Shown here: positions 1 through 8,441 of the stretch, piece by piece
Numbering within the stretch: the stretch's first letter is position 1
Layout of the letters: every line of letters starts with the position of its first letter
Assembly (NCBI GenBank): GCA_964588605.1
Contig: CAZPQB010000002.1
Span: forward strand, 59,193 to 83,192
Direction: 5' to 3'
Length of the DNA stretch: 24,000 bases
Origin: an uncultured Dehalococcoidaceae bacterium
GTDB taxonomy: Bacteria; Chloroflexota; Dehalococcoidia; Dehalococcoidales; RBG-16-60-22
The notes under the pieces: model-generated
Seen by the model: only the letters and a program-made list of their open reading frames with translations
Databases searched by the model: none
What the model was told of the DNA's origin: nothing
Made by a program: the position numbers and the translations under genes

Positions 1-955
1 AGAGAAGCTGGGTAGCTTCCTCGGAGTACGTTTTACCGAAAAGAAGAAGGATTTTATCACCGATAAGAAATATGATAATAATCAGCGGTATAAGTATGAA
101 AAAAGAGAATTTCATACTTCTTCTAACGTAGTCGTCTAAGCCTGCTTCATTATGTGAGCCTTCGGCAAAAAGGGAAAGGGATATACCGGCAGGGATTAAT
201 AGTAAGGCATTACTGACAACACCATAAGCCATATAGAAGTAAGCATTTTGTTCGGCACTAATAAGGGTGATTACCATAAGCGGGAGGACAAAGGTAGGAG
301 CCTTGGCAACAAGACCGGTAATAAAATTAGCCGAGGAAAAGTGAGCTATCTCATTTATTACCTTTCTCTTAATGGTAAAAGACGGATGATAGCCCCTCTT
401 TAACCGTGGGAGAAGCACCCCCAGCCCGACAATTGCAGCCACCGCAAAGCCTGCTCCCCAAGCGGTTATTATGCCGAAGCCATAGAGAAAGACGGGTAGC
501 GATACGACCAGAGCAAGCTTGACTAATCCCTGTGTTGCCGTTTGCAGCAGGGTAGTATCAGCCCTTTGATGGGCGACAAATACATTGTGTAAAAGGGTAT
601 AAAGCGTCCAGCTAATGATAAGTATGATAAAAATCGCGAACAGAAGAGCGTCCTGCCGCAGGAAAATAAGGTCGGGCGACCATACATTAAGGCCGACCAA
701 GAAGACCAGAGAAACAATAATAGCCGCCAAGCTGCCTGCGGTTAAACATGAATTAACGAGGACAGCGTAGTTTTTACCGGCACCGGAGATGTATCTGACC
801 AGTCCGAAATCAAGTCCTAAAGCAGCTAGTGTTGTCAGAAATCCGGCCACGGCAATGGCTGCCGAAGCCAGTCCCACTTCCGCGGCGGGATAGAACCTTG
901 CCGCCAATATCCAGAAGATAAAACCTAAAATACCGGACACTGCTGTATTCAGCAT
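1..955 (-). CDS. Wzx-like flippase / polysaccharide biosynthesis membrane protein, C-terminus beyond left edge
   Basis: Manual minus-strand translation is open from at least 1117 down to 1. Reads ...RVSLYRNAVYLMLNTAVSGILGFIFWILAARFYPAAEVGLASAAIAVAGF, typical of the N-terminus of Wzx-type exporters. First ATG is at 955, but homologous-looking sequence extends upstream without ATG/GTG/TTG. Confidence 0.8.
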   Translation of the reverse strand, partial: MLNTAVSGILGFIFWILAARFYPAAEVGLASAAIAVAGFLTTLAALGLDFGLVRYISGAGKNYAVLVNSCLTAGSLAAIIVSLVFLVGLNVWSPDLIFLRQDALLFAIFIILIISWTLYTLLHNVFVAHQRADTTLLQTATQGLVKLALVVSLPVFLYGFGIITAWGAGFAVAAIVGLGVLLPRLKRGYHPSFTIKRKVINEIAHFSSANFITGLVAKAPTFVLPLMVITLISAEQNAYFYMAYGVVSNALLLIPAGISLSLFAEGSHNEAGLDDYVRRSMKFSFFILIPLIIIIFLIGDKILLLFGKTYSEEATQLL

Positions 956-1095
956 GAGGTAAACTGCGTTTCTATAGAGCGAAACCCGGTAAAAAGCCTT
1001 AAACCTCTCTCTGGAGGTTAAAACCTGGGCTCCGCTAATGAACGTCTCTCTTACATCATGGAGCAGACGGTTAAAGAATAAGGATGAATTTGTTC

Positions 1096-1758
1096 CTATT
1101 TCCTTGCCTCCAAATAAAAGCTATCAGGGTGCAGTTCTCCTTCATCGAGTTGTTGAAGATCGGGTACTTCCCCCTGCCCTGGTGTGCACTTATTAACCTC
1201 ACTGAAACCAATGCTGGATAGTCGATAAGCTAATGAATCAAAATCATATATCCACTGATGTCCCTGGCTCAATATTCGATTGATGAGACGTTTAGACTTT
1301 TTGGTATCGGAAAGATTCAAGTTTTCTATGAATCTATCGGCGGAGGTGGCTTCTCCAGTCTGCTTTCCTTTAATGTATTCTTCTATAAGTAAATAGAGGT
1401 CGGGTACGACAAGTCTGAGTACTCCCCCACTTTTCAATACTCTATAGCACTCCTTCAGGACAAAATCAGCCTTGCTACGGGAAAGATGCTCGAGCATGTG
1501 CGAGGAATAAATATAATCTGCTTCGTTGTCTTTAAAAGGCAAACCCTTAGCGACGTCGTGCCGTTTTACCCCTAGTTCTGCCGGTATCTCCTCATCGGAG
1601 TTAAGCCTGTTCACCAAACCCATAGCGGAAAGGAATCGTAAAGGGATTTTAAGAAAAGGAAAGCGGGTCAGATACACTTTCCAGGTCTTATCTAAATTAA
1701 CCCATCCCTTGACTGCCTTCGGACCGCAGCCTAAGTTAACCTTCATTGCTTTTTGCAC
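1096..1758 (-). CDS. Class I SAM-dependent methyltransferase (methyltransferase 11-like)
   Basis: 220 aa ORF: MKVNLGCGPKAVKGWVNLD, HDVAKGLPFKDNEADYIYSSHMLEHLSRSKADFVLKECYRVLKSGGVLRLVVPDL motifs. Confidence 0.85.
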   Translation of the reverse strand: MQKAMKVNLGCGPKAVKGWVNLDKTWKVYLTRFPFLKIPLRFLSAMGLVNRLNSDEEIPAELGVKRHDVAKGLPFKDNEADYIYSSHMLEHLSRSKADFVLKECYRVLKSGGVLRLVVPDLYLLIEEYIKGKQTGEATSADRFIENLNLSDTKKSKRLINRILSQGHQWIYDFDSLAYRLSSIGFSEVNKCTPGQGEVPDLQQLDEGELHPDSFYLEARK

Positions 1759-1820
1759 TGCTTATCCTTTTCTTAATGCCTGTCAATAATATGTCTGTTT
1801 AGGTGGACAGCCTGTTTTTC

Positions 1821-3566
1821 TCACTGTCTTAATGTCAACCTGCTTTCGTATATTATAAAATCATTATTAACGTAAACCGAGGAAGCCCTTTCCCCACGTG
1901 CCGATTGCATCCATCTGTCAATAACCTCATAACTTAGCCCGCCGTGGCCACTGGCGAGTACATACGAGGCTTCATCAAGAGCTTCAATGGGCATGTCGGT
2001 AGAATACCATCGGGTGGGCCAGATTTTTACCTCCGGATTATAGAATGGCAGCACACCTTGGTCTCCAGCTCTATAAAAAAACCAAGGATCAGTATCCACA
2101 GCATGCTGAACAAAGAACTTGGTTCCGGCTAACTCTGAACTGAATATCTGACCGTAAGACCCCTCCGTACCGTAGCGCGCTGGGAGAATAAGCAGCGTGG
2201 CCAGCAGCATTAAGGGAACGAGCAGTTTACGATTGGAGAAAACCAGCAGAATGATGCCGAGCACCGGGACCAGACCCAGTATATAGAGCCGTATGTACAT
2301 CTCCCGGTTGGGATAGATTACCCCGGATACAGCCAGTCCGGCGACCCATGCCACCAGCACTATCAGCCAAGGCCGTTTTTCCGGACTGACTCTTCCTGTG
2401 AAAAGGTAAAAGACGGCAGCTATCGCCAGAATACCATAGATAAAAATATAGGCAAGCTGTGAATACTGGGATATCAGCGCCGAGGCGGTGGTATGTGTCG
2501 GCTCGTAGAGACCTTCAACATGCGTGCCCATTCTAAAAATATAGTCCCAGGGTGCGGACAACCACCTGGCTACACCTAATTGCATTGCTGCGGTAGCTTG
2601 ATACGCGTACCATGTCAGCCAGATAACCACAAACAGGAGCAGTAACGGCACGGCTTCGCTCCGGCCCTTCTTGAATACTAACAGCACAATCAGGGCCAAC
2701 AGCAAGCCTAAACTGCTCAGTCCGTGGGTGAGCACCAGTACCGAAAAGCAAAGTATAGACAAGAATCTTGCGGCAACTATCTGGCGCCGGTCGGGTGTCG
2801 CCAGTAACATAAAACATAGTAATAGCAGCAATACAGCCATACCCTGCTGGGCAAGGTCCGATTGAAGCATCCAGTAGGAGGCGAGGGACAAGAACGAGAG
2901 TAAAAAGCAAGAATTCCGGGGTAATTCTAAATGTTTACCAATAGCGTAAGTAAGAAAAGTAAAAGCAATGACCCAGATAAAAGGTGCGAATCTCAGCCAG
3001 TCTTTGAAATCAAGGCTGGTAGCCAGCAGTGTTGAAGCGTGAAGGAAGTGCGCCGCCGGCCATGTCCGGTAATAGCTCATGGCATCCGGCCCAGCCATGT
3101 CGGTATGCCCGGTTGCCATTAATGTCCTAACATCGGCGAGGTTTGTGTAGGTTGTAGGATGTCTTGCATTCTCCTGAACCAGAGTAGCTATCCCGAATAG
3201 AAATAACCCTAGACTGAGCAGGATAAAAAGGTGAAGAGCGTCGGACTTAACCTCCTTATCCAAAAAAACCAGGATACTGCAGATTACCAGCAGAACCAGA
3301 CCCAGCCAGTACGCGGGAGTGAAGTGAGAAGCCAAGCCAAATAAATCTGACGGTTCACAATTTACATAGGCAGTTTGTGACACAGAATAGCAGAAAAGTA
3401 TCAGGCTTATCAGGATAAGAATAAGGTATAGTTTTGAGCGAGAGGTAACAGATAAGCTTCTCAGCGAGATACTCAGCAAGGATTCTCTCCACAAACTAAT
3501 TCTTTCTAGCAATTTCCTCCATTTAACTAAGTGACTTTTCGCCTTCCTCTTTTTCCATGTGCTCAA
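1821..3566 (-). CDS. Large multi-TM membrane protein in polysaccharide locus (polymerase or glycosyltransferase-like); true start probably downstream of the annotated ATG
   Basis: 581 aa ORF with many hydrophobic helices. The first ~40 codons overlap the methyltransferase reading frame and are rich in K/R/S. Confidence 0.7.
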   Translation of the reverse strand: MSTWKKRKAKSHLVKWRKLLERISLWRESLLSISLRSLSVTSRSKLYLILILISLILFCYSVSQTAYVNCEPSDLFGLASHFTPAYWLGLVLLVICSILVFLDKEVKSDALHLFILLSLGLFLFGIATLVQENARHPTTYTNLADVRTLMATGHTDMAGPDAMSYYRTWPAAHFLHASTLLATSLDFKDWLRFAPFIWVIAFTFLTYAIGKHLELPRNSCFLLSFLSLASYWMLQSDLAQQGMAVLLLLLCFMLLATPDRRQIVAARFLSILCFSVLVLTHGLSSLGLLLALIVLLVFKKGRSEAVPLLLLFVVIWLTWYAYQATAAMQLGVARWLSAPWDYIFRMGTHVEGLYEPTHTTASALISQYSQLAYIFIYGILAIAAVFYLFTGRVSPEKRPWLIVLVAWVAGLAVSGVIYPNREMYIRLYILGLVPVLGIILLVFSNRKLLVPLMLLATLLILPARYGTEGSYGQIFSSELAGTKFFVQHAVDTDPWFFYRAGDQGVLPFYNPEVKIWPTRWYSTDMPIEALDEASYVLASGHGGLSYEVIDRWMQSARGERASSVYVNNDFIIYESRLTLRQ

Positions 3567-3885
3567 TTAAAGCTAAACAGACGACTATATCGTAGCTTTT
3601 CTCTTTGAAATCCAGACTTCGGATATCGCCCAGAATCAGCTCGTTGTAGACTCCGGTGTGCCGACACTCATCCAACGCAGGCTCAAAGGTATCCACACCG
3701 GTCACGTAAAATTCTTTACGCCTGTTGATGAACTTCATCGGTTTGCCCTTACCACAGCCTATGTCAAGGATACTCTTCACATCCTTCTGCATATACCGCC
3801 ATACGGTGTCCAGTTCTGTGAAAGGCACACGAGGACGGACTACTTTAGTAAACCGGTCCAATTTGGCCAGAAAGCTATCTCGCAA
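3523..3885 (-). pseudogene. Truncated class I SAM methyltransferase
   Basis: 120 aa: SILDIGCGKGKPMKFINRR...VTGVDTFEPALDECR...DIRSLDFKEKSYDIVVCLALIEHMEKEEGEKSLS then TAA. Translation beyond the stop continues in the same frame as MEEIARKN then another stop, resembling the continuation of this fold. The C-terminal half is absent. Confidence 0.6.
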
Positions 3886-3920
3886 ATGTCTTCCCTTTTA
3901 CTGCTGATGAGTATTCCAAA

Positions 3921-4616
3921 TTAGACGCTTTGGCTCACTCTCTTCAGCTTCATCATCTCTAGGGCCTTCTGAGCGTCGCTGACAAATTGCCTTACGGTTT
4001 CCCTGGTGTATTGATGGTCAGCCATCTTGGCCAGGAACTGGGGCGGTATGGTGATGATATGTGCCCCCGCCATAGCGGCGCTCAGGATATCGCCTACGGA
4101 CCTGATACTGCCAACAATCAGTTCTCCCTTATATTTCCAGTGTTCCAGCCAGCTGACACAGGTATTAATGACCTCGGGGGCGTTACCACCCTCGTCAGCC
4201 ACCCTGCCGGTAAAGACACTGATATAGGTAGCGTCTGCCTTGGCTGCCAGTATCACCTGCCCGTAGGACATGGCTACGGTGGCGTTGACCTTTATCCCTT
4301 CGCTTTCCAGACGCTTGATAAGACCGTAACAAGGGATGCCGTCCTGGGTAATCTGGGGTACTTTAATGACGATATTCGGCGCCCATGAGGCGAATGTCTG
4401 CGCCTGGGCAAACATCTCGTTGAGGTCGTTGGTGGTCACCTCAACACTGAGCGGGCGCGGATTCACCAGAGCCGCTATTTGCTTGGCCCCTTCTTCAGCG
4501 TTATAGACCCCGTCCTTGAACATAATGCTGGGATTGGTGGTGACGCCATCGATTACTCCCATATCGAGCCATTTCTCAATTTCAGTAACGCTTGCCGAAT
4601 CAATGAATATCTTCAT
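3921..4616 (-). CDS. Transaldolase / fructose-6-phosphate aldolase family (small TalC/Fsa-like)
   Basis: 231 aa: MKIFIDSASVTEIEKWLDMGVIDGVTTNPSIMFKDG, IVIKVPQITQDG, VNATVAMSYGQVILAAKADATYISVFTGRVADEGG, IIVGSIRSVGD-like block (ELIVGSIRSVGDILSA). Confidence 0.93.
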   Translation of the reverse strand: MKIFIDSASVTEIEKWLDMGVIDGVTTNPSIMFKDGVYNAEEGAKQIAALVNPRPLSVEVTTNDLNEMFAQAQTFASWAPNIVIKVPQITQDGIPCYGLIKRLESEGIKVNATVAMSYGQVILAAKADATYISVFTGRVADEGGNAPEVINTCVSWLEHWKYKGELIVGSIRSVGDILSAAMAGAHIITIPPQFLAKMADHQYTRETVRQFVSDAQKALEMMKLKRVSQSV

Positions 4617-4664
4617 ATTTGCCTCCTTACAAATATTTTCACCCTCACCTAACGGTAAAATGGC

Positions 4665-4859
4665 TTACGAACCAGCCTGTACATGCTTTTCTCTTGGCAG
4701 CAGATTGGGGATGGTATCCACAATGGGATAGTCTTCATTACACCTGGTGCAATGCAGATAACCGCTGACTACTTCCCTATCATTTTCTTCGTTCACCTTG
4801 AGTTCCAAATTTCTTTTGCATACGGGACAGGCCAGGATATCAATCAATTCTCTCCTCAT
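4665..4859 (-). CDS. Trm112 family small zinc-ribbon protein
   Basis: 64 aa: MRRELIDILACPVCKRNLELKV...GYLHCTRCNEDYPIVDTIPNLLP, with CxxC...CxxC. Confidence 0.85.
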   Translation of the reverse strand: MRRELIDILACPVCKRNLELKVNEENDREVVSGYLHCTRCNEDYPIVDTIPNLLPREKHVQAGS

Positions 4860-4861
4860 GG

Positions 4862-5491
4862 TTAGCTCGGGACACCTCCAATCTTTAGTACTGTTGTTTC
4901 AAAGATAAACTGGGCTGCCTCCTTAAGGTCCGAAGCAATAGCATCAGGTCTGGCATCTTTTATATCCATAAGGCGGCAGAGTTCACACTTCATCCTGCCC
5001 AGCAGAATAGTCCTGCACCCGGCTTCTTTACCCGCCTGTACATCGGTAAGCCCGTCACCTATCATCCAGGACTGCGATAAACCTATATCCATATCACCGG
5101 CGGCTTGAAGGAGCAGCCCGGGCTTAGGTTTCCGGCAGGCGCAATCGATTCTCAGTTGCGCAATCTCCGCCTGGGGATGATGCAGGCAATAATATTCGCC
5201 ATCAAGGGAAGCCCCTCCTTCCAAGAGTTCTTCTTTCATCTTCTCCCTAATTTCATCAAAGGTCTTGGAGGTCAAATGCCCCTTGGCGATTCCGGGTTGG
5301 TTGGAGACCAGGATTACCTTATAACCCATGTCATGGAACCTAACAATCGCCTCGCTAACACGGGGGAGCAGCACGAACTGTTCCACGATAAACGGCGAAT
5401 CGACGATACCCTGTTCCTGATGATAGACCAGGGAATTGATGACACCATCGCGGTCGAGAAATACAGCTTTACCTTTGTTGTTTGTATTCAT
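4862..5491 (-). CDS. gmhB: D-glycero-D-manno-heptose 1,7-bisphosphate 7-phosphatase (HAD family)
   Basis: 209 aa: KAVFLDRDGVINS, ILVSNQPGIAKG, CLHHPQAEIAQLRIDCACRKPKPG zinc loop, WMIGDGLTDVQAGKEAGC. Confidence 0.88.
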   Translation of the reverse strand: MNTNNKGKAVFLDRDGVINSLVYHQEQGIVDSPFIVEQFVLLPRVSEAIVRFHDMGYKVILVSNQPGIAKGHLTSKTFDEIREKMKEELLEGGASLDGEYYCLHHPQAEIAQLRIDCACRKPKPGLLLQAAGDMDIGLSQSWMIGDGLTDVQAGKEAGCRTILLGRMKCELCRLMDIKDARPDAIASDLKEAAQFIFETTVLKIGGVPS

Positions 5492-5513
5492 AACGTCAAT
5501 CAGATACGTTTAG

Positions 5514-6113
5514 TCAGCTTGCCTCTATCTTCTGCCTGAGGCAGGAGCAAATCAGGTGTTCCATAGCCAGATGAAAGGACTCTACCTGAGGAGTAGAATC
5601 TACGGGGACAACGATGCAGGCATCCGCCACCTCTTTCATCGGGCCGCCATTGAAGCCGCTGAGTCCAATAGTCTTGCCACCATTATCGGCTACATATTTC
5701 ATCGCTTTAAGAAGGTTTTGTGACCACAAACCGGCCTGGTCCTGACCGGAGCCGCCATGAACGCTGATGCAGATGAGGACATCCTCTCTCTGATACAGAC
5801 TCTTCAGCTGTTCATAAAAAAGGTTGTCAAAGCCGTTGTCATTAACCAGTGCGCTTATCAGGGGGATATTGTCATTGAGGCACAGCGCTTTGAAACGTCT
5901 TTTACCGTCAACTATAGTGGTCTTGGCCAGGTCACAGGCAAAATGAGTGGCCGTGCCTGCCGAACCGCCATTACCGCAGATAAAAACCTGACGGCCGTTC
6001 TGCCAGGCCTGGAAAAGAAGCTCCACAACCCTGTCTACATCCTCGATGGAGATATCCCCGGCCACCCTTTTCATTTCGGAAAGATAACTGGAGATGTAAT
6101 TTTCGTTCTCCAT
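5514..6113 (-). CDS. gmhA: Sedoheptulose-7-phosphate isomerase (SIS domain)
   Basis: 199 aa: QVFICGNGGSAGTATHFACDLAKT, LICISVHGGSGQDQAGLWSQNLLKAMKYVADNGGKTIGLSGFNGG; adjacent heptose genes. Confidence 0.88.
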   Translation of the reverse strand: MENENYISSYLSEMKRVAGDISIEDVDRVVELLFQAWQNGRQVFICGNGGSAGTATHFACDLAKTTIVDGKRRFKALCLNDNIPLISALVNDNGFDNLFYEQLKSLYQREDVLICISVHGGSGQDQAGLWSQNLLKAMKYVADNGGKTIGLSGFNGGPMKEVADACIVVPVDSTPQVESFHLAMEHLICSCLRQKIEAS

Positions 6114-6126
6114 ACTCTCCCTCTAT

Positions 6127-7119
6127 CTAAGTGTTGACCAGTATCTTGGCGCCATCAAATTCAAACCGGAATCTTTCCCACCGCAGCCCCATCTTATGCA
6201 TGGCTTCCACCAGCTTTGGTTTCTGGCTATTGACATTCTCGCAATAGAACAAAAAAAAGCCGCTACCGCCAGCACCTACCAGCTTCCCACCCAGGGCGCC
6301 TTTCTTACGGGCGACTTCATAGCACTCGTCCAGAAATGGATTGGACATCCGGGACGAGCGCTTTTTCTTGGTCTCCCAGTGAACATTGAGAAGGTCCCCA
6401 AACATGCCCAGATGCCCATTTTCCAGATACTTTTTAGTCTCCAACCCTATTTCTTTAATCCGGTGAAGGTTGTTGATCATATCAGGGTCGTCCTGTTTTG
6501 ACTTGGTATCCTGCTCGGTGAGTATTTCAGAAGCGCTCCTCTCACTACCAGTAAAGAAAAGGAGGATATTACTCTCCAGCTGGTCCAGCATCTCCGGCGA
6601 TATTCTGAGAGGTTCCACCAAAACCTCACCATTCTTCTCAAAGGTAAGACAGACAAGACCGCCAACAGCGGCCATGTACTGATCCTGCTTGCCGATAGGT
6701 TCTCCGAGTACGTCTATCTCAATATGGCAGGCCTCTTCAGCAAGCTGCCTCTGGGTAACGAATTCCTGTTTATAGGCATGCAAGACATTGAGAAGGGCCA
6801 CGGTAAAGCTAGAGGACGTACCCAGACCGCAGCCAGCGGGGACATCAACGGAGGAATGAAGCTCTATTCCCTTATCTATGCCGCAAAACTCGAGGGCTGC
6901 CCGAAAAATTCTGTGTTCCACTTCCGCCGCACAGTTTTTTATCTCCATCTGTGAGTAACTGAGCCTGATGTTATCGTAGAACCGGTGGTTGACCAGTATA
7001 TGACAGTATTTATTGATTGCCCCGGCGATAAGGAAACCTCCATATTTGGAGTAGTAAGACGCGAGGTCGGTACCGCCTCCGCCGAGACTGATTCGCGTTG
7101 GTGTTCTCGATAATATCAT
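6127..7119 (-). CDS. hddA: D-glycero-alpha-D-manno-heptose-7-phosphate kinase (GHMP kinase)
   Basis: 330 aa: MILSRTPTRISLGGGGTDLASYYSKYGG, VPAGCGLGTSSSFTVALLN, EPIGKQDQYMAAVGG, KLVGAGGSGFFLFY. Confidence 0.87.
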   Translation of the reverse strand: MILSRTPTRISLGGGGTDLASYYSKYGGFLIAGAINKYCHILVNHRFYDNIRLSYSQMEIKNCAAEVEHRIFRAALEFCGIDKGIELHSSVDVPAGCGLGTSSSFTVALLNVLHAYKQEFVTQRQLAEEACHIEIDVLGEPIGKQDQYMAAVGGLVCLTFEKNGEVLVEPLRISPEMLDQLESNILLFFTGSERSASEILTEQDTKSKQDDPDMINNLHRIKEIGLETKKYLENGHLGMFGDLLNVHWETKKKRSSRMSNPFLDECYEVARKKGALGGKLVGAGGSGFFLFYCENVNSQKPKLVEAMHKMGLRWERFRFEFDGAKILVNT

Positions 7120-7811
7120 CTTTCTGCCCTACCTACATATTGTCCGAAGTCCTCAAGTCCCTGAAGCGAGCCTATTTCATAGAACCGCTCGTTGACTTCA
7201 TAGGCGAGTAGCTGTTTCCGCGAGATTAGTATGGGAAACAGGTCTTCCATGGGGTAATAGCAGTTTTCCGGTATAAGTTCCAGAGCTTCCTTTCTGAAGA
7301 TATGTACGCCATAGTCAATGTAAACCATATCCTCGGTCTTTTCTTTTTTATCATATCCTGTAACCAGGCAATCACTGACGGCAGTATTGCTGATATCATA
7401 GCTGTCATAATTTTGATACACCGTCATAAGGGCAAGCTTGTTTTTAGTTTGAAAATAGGAATACACAGACGACAAATCCAATAATAAATAGGAATCACCG
7501 TACATGGTAAAGAACTCTTGGTTGAGCATAGCTTCAGCTTTTTTGATAGCCCCCCCAGTGCCAAGAGGCACATCTTCACAGCTATACCTGATATCTACCC
7601 CGTACTTCCTTCCGTTGCCCAAATAACTCTCTATCCGTTCTCCCAGATGACCGATGCACATCACGATATCCCTTATTCCCTGTTGCCTCAGCAGCTTAAT
7701 CTGATACTCCACGAATGGCCTGCCCTGTATCATTAACATGGCTTTGGGCTGACTTTTGGTTAATTCACCCAACCGGGTAGCCAGTCCACCTGCCAGAATA
7801 ACTATCTGCAT
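7116..7811 (-). CDS. hddC: D-glycero-alpha-D-manno-heptose 1-phosphate guanylyltransferase-like nucleotidyltransferase
   Basis: 231 aa: MQIVILAGGLATRLGELTKSQPKAMLMIQGRPFVEYQIKLLRQQG, FFTMYGDSYLL; 4-nt overlap with hddA. Confidence 0.8.
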   Translation of the reverse strand: MQIVILAGGLATRLGELTKSQPKAMLMIQGRPFVEYQIKLLRQQGIRDIVMCIGHLGERIESYLGNGRKYGVDIRYSCEDVPLGTGGAIKKAEAMLNQEFFTMYGDSYLLLDLSSVYSYFQTKNKLALMTVYQNYDSYDISNTAVSDCLVTGYDKKEKTEDMVYIDYGVHIFRKEALELIPENCYYPMEDLFPILISRKQLLAYEVNERFYEIGSLQGLEDFGQYVGRAER

Positions 7812-7897
7812 ATTCTCTGCTGCCTCACCTATTTTTCAGAGTACTGATATGTGTCGTACAAAATTACGGCTATAAGAGTTTTTAATTATGTACCGGT

Positions 7898-8095
7898 TTA
7901 CCATGGCTCCTTGGTTATTCCAGCGTCTTGAAAGAGTTTTTTAAGCTCCCTTGAAGCCAAACGGCTGGGTCGGCCGCCTCGCCTTTCCCATCGCTGAACC
8001 GTCGAGAGGCTAACGCCTATCTCCCGTGCCAAGTCTTCCTGTACCCAGCCCTTTTTCCTCCGCAGCATCTTTACCTTCTCAGCAAGACCTTCCAT
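7898..8095 (-). CDS. Small XRE-family HTH protein
   Basis: 65 aa: KVKMLRRKKGWVQEDLAREIGVSLSTVQRWERRGGRPSRLASRELKKL, a complete HTH_3-like domain. Confidence 0.8.
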   Translation of the reverse strand: MEGLAEKVKMLRRKKGWVQEDLAREIGVSLSTVQRWERRGGRPSRLASRELKKLFQDAGITKEPW

Positions 8096-8159
8096 TAAAG
8101 TGCCTTAAGCTGTATCACGTAGAGCGTTATCTTGTACGTTATTAAACACAGCATGACAA

Positions 8160-8189
8160 ATTATAAAATATAAGTGTGACAGTTGTCAA
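8160..8189 (-). promoter_or_regulatory. Consensus sigma70-type promoter upstream of the XRE gene
   Basis: On minus strand TTGACA (8189-8184), 18 nt spacer, TATAAT (8165-8160), 65 nt upstream of the XRE ATG. Confidence 0.7.
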
Positions 8190-8312
8190 GTATTCTACCA
8201 TTTATTTGCCAAATGTCATTTGTAATTAGTCGCCAGACTATTTTTTGAACATAATGAAGAAAACCATGAAATACTGGATATCCTGCATATAAACCAGGAT
8301 TCAGATAAAAAC

Positions 8313-8354
8313 AAAAAGCCCCGATGATGACTTCATCAAATCAGAGGGCTTTTT
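8313..8354 (-). terminator. Rho-independent terminator (near-symmetric) downstream of tRNA-Thr
   Basis: Arms AAAAAGCCC (8313-8321) and GGGCTTTTT (8346-8354), perfectly complementary over 9 bp, with a nested GATGA/TCATC hairpin in the loop. Confidence 0.75.
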
Positions 8355-8369
8355 ACCACCAAATAATGG

Positions 8370-8441
8370 AGCCAGCGATAGGATTCGAACCTACGACAAG
8401 CGGTTTACGAAACCGCTGCTCTACCACTGAGCTACGCTGGC
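8370..8441 (-). tRNA. tRNA-Thr (anticodon CGT)
   Basis: Minus-strand GCCAGCGTAGCTCAGTGGTAGAGCAGCGGTTTCGTAAACCGCTTGTCGTAGGTTCGAATCCTATCGCTGGCT: acceptor GCCAGCG/CGCTGGC, anticodon stem GCGGT/ACCGC, loop TTCGTAA, T-loop GGTTCGAATCC. CCA is not encoded. Confidence 0.95.

Noticed and set aside
1526-1789. Opposite-strand ORFs over known genes (e.g. 1526-1789, 5105-5539, 5757-6137, 6196-6501, 13206-13658, 19832-20389, 20398-20988)
   Set aside because: They are shadow frames antisense to strongly supported CDSs with no recognised domain.
7898-8095. XRE protein as the antitoxin half of a toxin-antitoxin pair
   Set aside because: No small toxin-like partner ORF is adjacent on either strand; neighbours are hddC and a non-coding stretch followed by a tRNA.
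8313-8441. tRNA-Thr as an integration site for a mobile element
   Set aside because: No integrase, no visible duplicated tRNA 3' end and no phage-like genes on either side within the window.
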